Source: Peptococcaceae bacterium (GTDB lineage Bacteria > Bacillota > Dehalobacteriia > UBA4068 > UBA4997). Taken from it: 64,000 bases of DNA. Positions within the stretch are counted from its first letter, which is position 1. The number at the start of each line of letters is the position of its first letter. The notes beneath the pieces were generated by a model that saw only the letters and a list, made by a program, of their open reading frames with translations, was not told where the DNA came from and did no database searches. A program made the position numbers and the translations under genes. Shown one piece after another: positions 28,416-38,000 of this stretch. The DNA lies in assembly GCA_022797295.1 (NCBI GenBank), contig JAAWKH010000008.1, positions 1,380 to 65,379 on the forward strand, written 5' to 3'.

Positions 28416-29387
28416 ATGGGTTTTTTTGAGAAGCTAAAACAAGGCCTGAGCAAAACGCGGGATGATTTTAACAACAAGCTTTCCCAGGTGTTTTCAATGG
28501 GGCGCAAAATCGACGAGGAGTTTTACGAGGAGTTGGAGGAAACTCTTATTCAGGCGGACGTGGGCGTGCAAACAGCGGTGGAGCTTTGCGAACGGCTGCG
28601 CGAGCTTGAGAAAAAACAGCATATCCGAGAGGCGGAACCCCTGCGCGGCGCTTTGCAGGAGGAGATTGTGAAAATCATCAAGGGCTCTGCCGAGGGTGAA
28701 AATAAAAACCGTTTTCTGCTGAAGGGCGGCCGATTAAATATCATTTTGGTGGTGGGCGTGAACGGAGCCGGCAAAACCACCACTATTGGCAAAATGGCCG
28801 CTTACTATCACAGCATTGGCCACAAGGTGCTGCTGGCTGCGGCGGATACTTTCCGGGCGGCCGCTATTGAGCAGCTTTGCATGTGGGGCGAGCGGGCCGG
28901 GGTGGACGTTATCCGCCAAAGCAGCGGTTCTGACCCTGGGGCGGTGGTTTTCGACGCTTGCAAAGCGGCGGCTTCCCGTGGCACTAACATTTTGATTGTG
29001 GATACTGCCGGCCGTTTGCAGAATAAAACTAATTTAATGGAAGAGTTGCGCAAGATTAATCGGATTATTGAGCGAGAGGCTCCGCAAGCTAATGTGGAGG
29101 TTCTGCTGGTGTTGGATTCTGGCACCGGCCAAAACGCTATCAGCCAAGCCAAGCTTTTTGGCGAGGTTGTCCCGCTTTCCGGTATTATTTTAACCAAGCT
29201 GGACGGCACGGCTAAAGGCGGCGTGGTGATTGGCATTGCTAATGAGCTGAACTTGCCGGTGAAGATGATTGGCGTGGGCGAGGGCATTGACGATCTGCGC
29301 GAGTTTGTGGCGGCGGATTTTGCCGCGGCCCTGTTTGCTGGCGATAACGAGGAAGCGCATAATTATGATACGATACAGGAGGAATAA
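28416..29387 (+). CDS. ftsY: SRP receptor FtsY
   Basis: GVNGAGKTT, DTFRAAA, DTAGR, TKLDGTAKGG. Confidence 0.97.
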   Translation: MGFFEKLKQGLSKTRDDFNNKLSQVFSMGRKIDEEFYEELEETLIQADVGVQTAVELCERLRELEKKQHIREAEPLRGALQEEIVKIIKGSAEGENKNRFLLKGGRLNIILVVGVNGAGKTTTIGKMAAYYHSIGHKVLLAAADTFRAAAIEQLCMWGERAGVDVIRQSSGSDPGAVVFDACKAAASRGTNILIVDTAGRLQNKTNLMEELRKINRIIEREAPQANVEVLLVLDSGTGQNAISQAKLFGEVVPLSGIILTKLDGTAKGGVVIGIANELNLPVKMIGVGEGIDDLREFVAADFAAALFAGDNEEAHNYDTIQEE

Positions 29388-29390
29388 AAA

Positions 29391-30137
29391 ATGTTGGCAT
29401 TGATTGCCGGAACCGGCTTTTACGATTGGGAAGCTTTGCAAAATCAGCAGGAAAAACACGTGCAAACGCCTTACGGCGAGGCGGTGCTGTTTGTGGGCGA
29501 GGTGGCGACGCCGGACGGCTCCAAGCCGTTGGTTTTTTTGCCGCGCCATGCTCGTAGCCACAGTATTCCGCCGCATTTAATCAATTATCGGGCCAACATT
29601 TGGGCTTTGCATAGCTTGGGTGTGCAAAAGATTGTGGCCGTCAATGCGGTTGGCTCGCTGCTGCGGGAGGTGCCGCCGGGCAGCATTGTGCTGGTTGATG
29701 ATTTTTTGGATTTCACCTATGGCCGGGAGCACACCTTTTTTGAGGGCGGCGAAGCCGGCGTGCGCCACACGGATATGACGGATTGCTACGCCAAAGACTG
29801 GCAGCGGCAGATTAAGGCGGCGGCGGAGCGGGCCGGCGTGCCGATTGTGGAGGATGGCGTTTATGTTTGTGTGCAGGGGCCGCGCTTTGAATCGCGGGCG
29901 GAAATTCGCGCTTTTGCCAGATTGGGCGGCACCATATCCGGTATGACCGGAGTGCCGGAGGTGACGTTGGCCAATGAATTGGGTCTGCAATATGGCTCTT
30001 TGGCGATGGTGACCAACTTTGCCTGCGGTCTGGCGGAAAAGGTGACGCACGAGGAAGTGACGGAGCTGATGGGCGCCAATGCGGAACGTTTGGCTAAAAT
30101 TCTGCTTCAACTGGTTTACGCCTATCAGGAGTGCTAA
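29391..30137 (+). CDS. mtnP: MTAP-family purine nucleoside phosphorylase (likely methylthioinosine/6-oxopurine type)
   Basis: TPYG, RH, INYRANIWAL, GPRFES, GMT; VTNFA in place of the TDYD typical of MTA-specific enzymes. Confidence 0.85.
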   Translation: MLALIAGTGFYDWEALQNQQEKHVQTPYGEAVLFVGEVATPDGSKPLVFLPRHARSHSIPPHLINYRANIWALHSLGVQKIVAVNAVGSLLREVPPGSIVLVDDFLDFTYGREHTFFEGGEAGVRHTDMTDCYAKDWQRQIKAAAERAGVPIVEDGVYVCVQGPRFESRAEIRAFARLGGTISGMTGVPEVTLANELGLQYGSLAMVTNFACGLAEKVTHEEVTELMGANAERLAKILLQLVYAYQEC

Positions 30138-30189
30138 AACCTGACCACTCTGCATATACTTAAACATCTTAAATGAAGTGGGTGAGCAT

Positions 30190-30708
30190 ATGGCAGAGAA
30201 TATCGTTTTGGTGGGCATGATGGGTGTGGGTAAAACCGCCGTTGGCCGTCTGCTGGCCGAGGAGTTGGCCTTTGATTTTGTGGATTTGGACGCGGAGCTG
30301 GAGCAGGTGACAGGCCTGAAGCTACCGGAAATATATCGAAAATACGGGCAAATTCGTTTTTATTCAGAGGATAAGCTGCTGCTGGGCAAGCAGCTGGGCA
30401 AAAGCAGCCAGGTGTTTGCTGCGGACGGCGCGCTGCCGCCTCAGGCGGAGCACCTGCGGCTTTGGCGGCAGATGGGCTGTGTGGTTTGGTTGCAGGCGGA
30501 GGCGGAAACGGTTTTTCGGCGGATGCGCCGCAAAAAGAATCGTCTGTTTTTGCCTAAGCAGGCCTCGGTGGAAACTGTGCAACAAATGATGGCGGAGCGA
30601 GAACCGCTTTACGCTGAGACGGCTGATTTTGCTGTTAATGTGGATAAGTGGGCGCTGGAGCAGGTGGCGGCTAAGATTTTGGCCTTTTACCGCCGGCGCT
30701 CCTGTTGA
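30190..30708 (+). CDS. Shikimate kinase-like protein (divergent)
   Basis: NIVLVGMMGVGKT, FVDLD, REPLY; shikimate-binding motifs altered. Confidence 0.8.
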   Translation: MAENIVLVGMMGVGKTAVGRLLAEELAFDFVDLDAELEQVTGLKLPEIYRKYGQIRFYSEDKLLLGKQLGKSSQVFAADGALPPQAEHLRLWRQMGCVVWLQAEAETVFRRMRRKKNRLFLPKQASVETVQQMMAEREPLYAETADFAVNVDKWALEQVAAKILAFYRRRSC

Positions 30709-30871
30709 GAGATTGTGCGGCGATTAAGTTCCGCAGGCTGCGGGCGGCTTGCAGACTTAAAGCGGCCAGCGCTGCGGCGGCAATGGCCAGGGCGGTTGTG
30801 CAAAGCAGCAAAGCGCCCAGCATTGCTGCGGCCAACCAGCAGGCCAGAAAAAAGTATAATATTACCAACAA
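30671..30871 (-). CDS. Small hydrophobic membrane protein (66 aa)
   Basis: TTG start 9 nt after GGAGG on the minus strand; ~40 uncharged residues then a basic tail. Confidence 0.5.
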   Translation of the reverse strand: MLVILYFFLACWLAAAMLGALLLCTTALAIAAAALAALSLQAARSLRNLIAAQSLNRSAGGKRPKS

Positions 30872-30984
30872 AGTAAAAAACCTCCAAATAGTGCCTGGAA
30901 AGGGACTTCTGCTGCATTTTATGCAATATTTGGCTACCTTGCTTATATTTTAATAAAACTTTATACTTTCTTTTGCCCAAAAGC

Positions 30985-31013
30985 TTGACAAGTCGCCTTA
31001 TAAAATATAGAAT
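30985..31013 (+). promoter_or_regulatory. Sigma-A promoter upstream of the rny leader
   Basis: TTGACA (30985-30990), 17 bp, TAGAAT (31008-31013). Confidence 0.75.
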
Positions 31014-31115
31014 AATATATAGTTATAAAAGTTTTACAAAAATACATTAAAATTTTTATGGCTTTTAGAATAAATTTTTTTCATTTTTGCACCGTCGGGC
31101 TTGAAATAAAAAAAC

Positions 31116-31144
31116 TTGACACAGATATTCTGATTTTATATATT
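31116..31144 (+). promoter_or_regulatory. Possible second sigma-A promoter in the rny leader
   Basis: TTGACA (31116-31121), 17 bp, TATATT (31139-31144). Confidence 0.5.
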
Positions 31145-31310
31145 GACTGAGGAAGCTGGAGTGGATTGAGGCTGCCGAGTGGCAACCGGAGGTTTTTTTG
31201 CTGAAAACAGTTGGCTAAAGGTTTATTATTAGAATATGGCAAGATTGTGGGGGCTTTGGGCCGCCATGCTGTGATGTGCGGAAAATGAAAGCTGTGAATT
31301 TATTCTGATT

Positions 31311-31345
31311 GCCCGTCGCCTTGTGCGGCAGGGCTATTATTTTTT
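31311..31345 (+). terminator. Terminator-like hairpin in the rny leader
   Basis: GCCCGTCGC-CTTGT-GCGGCAGGGC followed by TATTATTTTTT. Confidence 0.55.
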
Positions 31346-31347
31346 AC

Positions 31348-31407
31348 GTGAACACTTAGCGATTGACAAGTTTACTTTAGTGGACGCTGACAGAGCTTAG
31401 TGTGAAC
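31348..31407. repeat. ~60 bp imperfect palindromic (REP/MITE-like) element
   Basis: GTGAACACTTAGCGATTGACAAGTTTACT-TT-AGTGGACGCTGACAGAGCTTAGTGTGAAC; second copy at 20331, fragment at 6562-6571 (minus). Confidence 0.8.
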
Positions 31408-31491
31408 CATTTCAACCAGTCGCGTTTTTTATGGCTGGCGGCTGCTTGATTGAAAAAGAGAAATAAAAAATAAAAAAAAGGAGGTGAAAGA

Positions 31492-33051
31492 ATGCCGCAA
31501 TTTTCAATCTTAAATCTGATTGTTAACGCTCTTTTTTTGGTGATAGGCCTGGCTTTGGGCTATTTTGTTGGCGCTGCTTTTTACCGCAAAATTGTGGAGG
31601 CCAAGCTGGGCGCAGCCAAAGGGACGATTGATAAAATGCTGGATGATGCGGCCAAGGAGGCGGAGTCTCAGAAGAAAGAGGCTTTGCTGGAAGCCAAGGA
31701 TGAAATTTTTAAGCTGCGTAGCAAGGCTGAGGATGAGGCGAAAGCCCGCCGTAATGAGCTGAACCAGCTGGAACAGCGTCTGCTGCAAAAGGAGGACGCT
31801 TTGGACAAAAAGCTGGAGGGTATTGAGCGCAAGGAAGCTCATTTGCAAAAGAAAAATGGCGAGCTGGATGTGCTGCGGGAGAAGATTACCAATCTGGAGC
31901 AGGAGCAACTGGCGGAGTTGGAGCGTATTTCCGGGCTGACCTCAGAGCAGGCCAAGGAAAAGCTGCTGAACGATGTTAATAAAGAAGTTCAGGTGGATAT
32001 GGCTACAATGATTAGGGAGATGGAGGCCGAGGCTAAGGACGAGGCTGAAACCCGTGCCAGAGAGGTTATTACGGAGGCTATTCAGCGCGTGGCTGCCGAC
32101 CACGCTGTGGAAAGCACAGTTTCCGTGGTGGCTCTGCCAAATGAGGAAATGAAAGGCCGAATTATTGGCCGTGAGGGCCGTAACATTCGGGCTTTGGAAA
32201 ACCTAACCGGTATTGATTTGATTATTGACGATACGCCGGAGGCGGTTATTCTTTCCGGCTTTGACCCAATTCGCCGTGAAATTGCCCGCCTTGCTTTGGG
32301 CAAGCTGATTTTAGATGGGCGTATTCACCCGGCTCGCATTGAGGAAATGGTGGAGAAGGCCAAAAAAGAGGTTGAGCAGAAAATTCGCCAGGAGGGCGAA
32401 CAAGCTGTGCTGGAAACCAATGTGCGCGGCTTGCATATTGAGCTGGTGAAGCTGCTGGGGCGGCTGCATTATCGTACCAGCTACGGCCAGAATGTGTTGA
32501 AACACTCTATTGAAGTTTCACATTTGGCTGGGGTGATGGCCGCTGAACTGGGGGCTGATGTTACCCTGGCTAAACGTGCCGGTTTGTTGCATGATATTGG
32601 CAAGGCCTTGGATCATGAGATGGAGGGCCCGCACGTGGAAATTGGTGCGGATATTGCTAAAAAATATCACGAGAGCAAGCAGGTGGTGCACGGCATTTTG
32701 GCGCACCACGGCGATGTTGAGGTGGAATCAGTGGAGGCGGCGTTGGTGCAGGCTGCCGATGCGATTTCCGCAGCCCGGCCGGGCGCGCGCCGCGACACTT
32801 TGGAATCCTATATCAAGCGGATGGAGAAGTTGGAAGCCATTGCCAATGATTTTGAGGGCGTGGAAACTGCCTATGCCATTCAGGCCGGGCGCGAACTGCG
32901 GATTATCCTGAAGCCGGAGAAGGTGGCGGAGGCTCGTGCTGAAATTATGGTGCGGGAGATTGTGAAACGCATTGAGGCGGAGCTGGATTATCCAGGCCAA
33001 ATCAAGGTTGTACTTATCCGTGAAACCCGTGTGACGGATTACGCTAAATAA
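31492..33051 (+). CDS. rny: Ribonuclease Y
   Basis: N-terminal TM helix, coiled coil, KH ([14 protein letters not shown]), HD (LLHDIGKA), AIQAGRE. Confidence 0.98.
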   Translation: MPQFSILNLIVNALFLVIGLALGYFVGAAFYRKIVEAKLGAAKGTIDKMLDDAAKEAESQKKEALLEAKDEIFKLRSKAEDEAKARRNELNQLEQRLLQKEDALDKKLEGIERKEAHLQKKNGELDVLREKITNLEQEQLAELERISGLTSEQAKEKLLNDVNKEVQVDMATMIREMEAEAKDEAETRAREVITEAIQRVAADHAVESTVSVVALPNEEMKGRIIGREGRNIRALENLTGIDLIIDDTPEAVILSGFDPIRREIARLALGKLILDGRIHPARIEEMVEKAKKEVEQKIRQEGEQAVLETNVRGLHIELVKLLGRLHYRTSYGQNVLKHSIEVSHLAGVMAAELGADVTLAKRAGLLHDIGKALDHEMEGPHVEIGADIAKKYHESKQVVHGILAHHGDVEVESVEAALVQAADAISAARPGARRDTLESYIKRMEKLEAIANDFEGVETAYAIQAGRELRIILKPEKVAEARAEIMVREIVKRIEAELDYPGQIKVVLIRETRVTDYAK

Positions 33052-33074
33052 GCTTTTGGCAAACTGAAAATATG

Positions 33075-33114
33075 AAAGCCGCTTCTGCTTGTGTTACATA
33101 GCAGAGCGGCTTTT
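33075..33114 (+). terminator. Intrinsic terminator after rny
   Basis: AAAGCCGCTTCTGCT / AGCAGAGCGGCTTTT stem with one bulge. Confidence 0.75.
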
Positions 33115-33137
33115 ACTATAGAGAGATGAGGTTGAAA

Positions 33138-33755
33138 ATGCTTTATTTTTTACAGGGTTTAACCGTTGGCTTGGCGTATTCCGCGCCGATTGGTATGCAA
33201 AATCTGTTTATCATTAATTCCGCTTTGAACAGCCGTCGCCGCCGGGCTTTTTTGACGGCTTTGATTGTGGCCTTTTTTGACATTGTGCTGTCGTTGGCTT
33301 GCTTTTTCGGTGTGGGTGCGGTTATGCAGCGTTTTGTTTGGCTGCAAATGCTGATTTTGCTGGCTGGCGGCCTGGTGGTGTTGGTTATCGGCCTGCGGCT
33401 GTTGCGGGCCAAGCCGGCGGAGTTGAAGCTGGCAGGTGGTGCGCCCAGCCTGCGCCAAACGGCGGCCGCTGCTTGCGCTGTTACTTGGTTTAATCCGCAG
33501 GCGTTGATTGACGGTTCTATGATGTTGGGAGCTTTTCACGCTAGCTTGCTGCCGGGGCAGGTGCTGCCTTTTATCGCCGGGGTTGAGCTGGCTAGCTGCC
33601 TATGGTTTGCCGGGCTGACCTTTTTGGTTTCCCATTTGCGCAGCAAATTTAACGCCGGTTTATTGCGGGCAGTGAATGTTATCTGTGGTTTGGTGATAAT
33701 TTTCTATGCTGGTAAGCTGCTGTGGGATTTTGGCCGCCTGCTGTCCGGGAGTTGA
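33138..33755 (+). CDS. LysE/ArgO family amino acid exporter
   Basis: APIGMQNLFII, VTWFNPQALID, about 6 TM helices. Confidence 0.9.
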   Translation: MLYFLQGLTVGLAYSAPIGMQNLFIINSALNSRRRRAFLTALIVAFFDIVLSLACFFGVGAVMQRFVWLQMLILLAGGLVVLVIGLRLLRAKPAELKLAGGAPSLRQTAAAACAVTWFNPQALIDGSMMLGAFHASLLPGQVLPFIAGVELASCLWFAGLTFLVSHLRSKFNAGLLRAVNVICGLVIIFYAGKLLWDFGRLLSGS

Positions 33756-33760
33756 GAGTA

Positions 33761-33911
33761 AAAATTGATTGACAGAAAATGCTTAGTTATGGTATAAAGT
33801 GAAAACACATTGAAGCCAAGCCCAAAGGGCGCGGGCTGAAATGATGTTGAACTAATGCCACAGTGCAATTTGTAAAATTGATTGACAGAAAATGCTTGTC
33901 TGTGGTATAAT
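33761..33911 (+). promoter_or_regulatory. Tandemly duplicated sigma-A promoter upstream of carA
   Basis: AAAATTGATTGACAGAAAATGCTT exact at 33761 and 33874; each gives TTGACA-N18-TATAA(A/T) with extended -10 TG. Confidence 0.85.
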
Positions 33912-33964
33912 TAATCAATTTGGAGAAGTTTTTTAAGTCGAATTGATGACAGGAGTGAGTTTTT

Positions 33965-35065
33965 GTGGAGCTGTATCTTATTTTGGAAAACGGCCGTGTT
34001 TTTAAGGGACAATCCTTTGGCTGGCAAGGCGAGGTTTGCGGCGAGTTGGTTTTCACCACGGCAATGGTGGGGTATCTGGAAACTTTGACCGACCCCAGTT
34101 TTTACGGACAAATGGTTATTCAAACCTTTCCGTTGATCGGCAACTATGGAGTTATTCCGGCTGATTTTGAAAGTGCGAAGCCACACCTGAGCGCTTATAT
34201 TGTGCGTGAGTGGTGTCAGGAACCTTCTAATTTCCGCGGCGAGAGCAATCTTAACAGCTTTTTAGAGGAAAATCATATTGTGGGACTGTGCGGTATAGAT
34301 ACCCGCGCTTTAACCAGAATTATTCGTGAATATGGTGTGATGAATGCCAAAATCACCAGCAATCCAGCCGTGACGCCGGAGGTTCTGGCGGAAATCAAGG
34401 CGTATAGCTTGAAAAATCCTGTAAGCGCTGTGAGCAGACGTGATAAAGCGTCGCAGGGCAGCGGCCGGCGTGTTGTGCTTTGGGATTTTGGCGCGAAGAA
34501 TAGTATCACTCAGAATTTGTTAAAGCATGGCTGTGAGGTTATCAATATGCCGGCAGATAGCACGGCGGAACAAATTCTGGCTCAGCAGCCGCAGGGCGTT
34601 ATGCTTTCCAACGGCCCTGGGGACCCGGCCGATAATATGTCGATTGTGGCGGAGCTGCAAAAGCTTTTGGCTGCTAAAATACCAACTTTTGGTATTTGTA
34701 TGGGGCATCAGCTGTTGGCCTTGGCTGTTGGCGCTAAAACAGGCAAGCTGCATTACGGCCACCGTGGCGCTAACCAACCGATTAAGGATTTGCAGACCGG
34801 TCAGGTTTTCGTTTCCTGCCAAAATCACGGCTATGAGGTTTTGATTGACAGCCTGCCGGATTGTGCGCAACTGCGTTATATTAATGCGAACGACGGCTCC
34901 TGTGAGGGTATTGATTATCTGGACAAGCCTGCATTTTCGGTGCAGTTCCACCCGGAGGCGGCGGCCGGCCCGCTAGATACAGGCTTTTTGTTTGATAGAT
35001 TTGTAGAAATGATTGACGCCAATTTGGCTTGCAATAAAGATGCTGATAAAGCGGCGCAGAATTAG
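33965..35065 (+). CDS. carA: Carbamoyl-phosphate synthase small subunit
   Basis: LTDPSFYGQ, GIDTRALT, SNGPGDP, GICMGHQ, QFHPE. Confidence 0.97.
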   Translation: MELYLILENGRVFKGQSFGWQGEVCGELVFTTAMVGYLETLTDPSFYGQMVIQTFPLIGNYGVIPADFESAKPHLSAYIVREWCQEPSNFRGESNLNSFLEENHIVGLCGIDTRALTRIIREYGVMNAKITSNPAVTPEVLAEIKAYSLKNPVSAVSRRDKASQGSGRRVVLWDFGAKNSITQNLLKHGCEVINMPADSTAEQILAQQPQGVMLSNGPGDPADNMSIVAELQKLLAAKIPTFGICMGHQLLALAVGAKTGKLHYGHRGANQPIKDLQTGQVFVSCQNHGYEVLIDSLPDCAQLRYINANDGSCEGIDYLDKPAFSVQFHPEAAAGPLDTGFLFDRFVEMIDANLACNKDADKAAQN

Positions 35066-35080
35066 GGGAGGTAAAAATAA

Positions 35081-38000
35081 ATGCCATTAAATCCGGGAAT
35101 AAAAAAGGTTTTAGTGATTGGCTCCGGCCCGATTGTGATTGGGCAGGCGGCCGAATTTGATTACGCCGGCACGCAGGCCTGCCGGGCGCTTAAAGAGGAC
35201 GGCCTGGAGGTGGTGTTGGTAAACTCCAACCCGGCTACAATTATGACGGACAGCGCCATGGCGGACAAAATTTATATTGAACCGTTGACTTTGCCTGTGC
35301 TAAGACGGATTATTAAAAAGGAGAAGCCGGATAGTATTCTTTCCACCTTGGGCGGGCAGACCGGCCTCACTCTTTCTATGCAGCTGGCTAAGGAGGGCTT
35401 TTTGGCGGCCAACAATGTGCGGTTGCTGGGCGCGCGGCCGGAAACTATTGAGCGGGCGGAGGACCGCCAGCTTTTTAAGGAAACTATGCTGAAAATTGGC
35501 CAGCCGTGTATCCCCTCGGATATTGTAACCACGGTGGAGGACGCTGTGGTGCTGGCGGAAAAGCTGCAATATCCCGTTATCGTGCGGCCGGCCTTTACGC
35601 TGGGCGGCAGCGGCGGCGGTATCGTCAACAATGAGGCGGAGCTGCGCGAGATTGCCGACAATGGCCTGCGCCTATCGCCCATCAACCAGATTTTGCTGGA
35701 GAAATCAGTGGCCGGCTGGAAAGAAATCGAATTTGAGGTTATGCGCGATAGCAAGGGCAACAATATCACCATTTGCTCAATGGAGAATTTTGACCCGGTT
35801 GGCGTACACACCGGCGATAGTATTGTAATCGCTCCGGCTGTTACTCTTTCCGATAAGGAATATCAAATGCTGCGCACAGCCGCGCTGGATATTATCAATG
35901 AGCTGCAAGTGGAGGGCGGTTGCAACTGTCAGTTTGCCTTAAACCCCAACAGTTTTGAGTATGCCGTGATTGAGGTAAATCCGCGTGTTTCCCGCTCCTC
36001 GGCCCTGGCCTCCAAGGCCACGGGCTATCCGATTGCTAAGGTGGCCACCAAAATTGCCATTGGCTACACTTTGGATGAGATTAAAAACGCGGTGACGGGC
36101 AAAACGGCCGCGGCCTTTGAGCCGGCCATTGATTATGTGGTGGTGAAGTTCCCCAAGTGGCCATTTGATAAGTTTGTTTACGCCAAGCGCGATTTGGGCA
36201 CTCAGATGAAAGCCACCGGCGAGGTGATGGCTATTGGCCTGAACTTTGAGCAGGCCTTGATGAAAGCGGTGCGTGGGGCGGAAATTGGCTTGAGCGATTT
36301 GAATGCTCACCGCCAACTGGAGATGAGCGACGAGGAAATTCGTCAGGCTTTGCACCAATGCACGGATGAGCGGCTTTTCGTCATTTATCAAGCGATTAAG
36401 CGCGGCGTTGATTTGAAAGAGATTTACGATATTACTAAAATTGACCTGTGGTTTTTGCATAAGCTGGCTAAAATTGCTGCTATGGAGGCCAGCCTGCGCG
36501 GCGGTTACGACCAGGAGAAATATCTGGCGGCCAAGCGGATGGGCTTCCCCGACAAGGTGATTGCTCAGCTTTCCGGCCAACCGGTGACTGAGCCGGCGCG
36601 GGCTGTTTACAAGATGGTGGACACCTGCGCGGCGGAATTTGCGGCGGAAACTCCCTATTTTTACTCTACCTACGATGAGGAAAACGAGGCGGCGGAATTT
36701 TTGGCGGAGCGCGCCAATCCCAAGCCGACGATTATGGTTTTGGGCTCCGGCCCCATTCGTATCGGCCAGGGCATTGAGTTTGACTATGCCTCTGTGCATT
36801 GCGTGTGGGCTTTGCAGCAAAAGGGTTTTGAGGTGGCGATCGTCAACAACAACCCGGAAACTGTTTCCACCGATTTTGACACGGCCGACCGCTTGTATTT
36901 TGAGCCGCTCACCGAGGAGGATGTGAGCAATATTATTGCTACGGAAAAGCCTTATGGTGTTGTGGTGGCTTTTGGCGGCCAAACGGCTATTAAGCTGACC
37001 AACTTTTTGGACAAGCAGGGCGTGCGCATTTTGGGTACCTCGGCGGATAGTATTGACCGTGCGGAAGATCGCGGCCGCTTTGATGAATTGCTGACCAAGT
37101 TGAATATTATGCGTCCGCAGGGTGAAACGGTTAAAACCACCGAGGAGGCTTTGGCGGCAGCCGAGCATATCGGATACCCGGTTTTGATGCGTCCCTCTTA
37201 CGTTTTGGGCGGCCAAAATATGATTATCGCCTTTAATGAGGCGGATATTAAGGAATATATGGCAATTATCCTGGAACAGAATGTGGATAATCTGGTGCTT
37301 ATTGATAAATATTTGCAGGGTGTGGAGCTGGAAATTGACGCTATTTGCGACGGCGATGACATCCTAATTCCTGGTATTATGGAGCATGTGGAGCGTACCG
37401 GCGTACACTCCGGCGACTCGATTGCCGTTTATCCCTCTTTCAATATCAACGACGATATGGTGGAGGTGATTATTGAAACCACTCGTAAGCTGGCGGTGGA
37501 GCTGGAAACTCACGGCCTGGTAAATATTCAATACCTGATTAAGGACGACCAGCTTTACGTGATTGAGGTTAATCCGCGCTCATCTCGCACTATTCCGTAT
37601 TTGAGCAAGGTGACGGGCGTGCCGATGGTGGATTTGGCCACGCGGGCTTTGCTGGGTGAAAAGCTGGCCGATATGGGATATGGCACGGGGCTTTATCCCA
37701 CGCCGGTTTACTGTGCGGTTAAGGTGCCGATTTTCTCCTTTGAAAAGCTGCTGAACGTAGACAATCAGCTGGGGCCGGAGATGAAGAGCACCGGCGAGGT
37801 TTTGGGCATTGGCTCCAACTTTGAGGAGGCTATTTACAAAGGCCTGGTGGCGGCCGGTTACAATCTGAACCAAAAGGGCGGCCTGTTTGTGACGGTGAAC
37901 GACCGCGACAAGGCGGAGATTGTGCATGTGGTGAAAAAATTTGCCGATATGGGCTTTGAGATTTACGCCACGGCCGGCACTCAAAAGGTTTTGAAGCAAG

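Noticed and set aside
30705-30953. 82 aa + strand ORF
   Set aside because: No RBS; it is the reverse of the better supported minus-strand small membrane ORF and runs into AT-rich promoter DNA.
20331-31407. 37 bp repeat as a CRISPR repeat
   Set aside because: Copies are 11 kb apart, with no spacer array and no cas genes.
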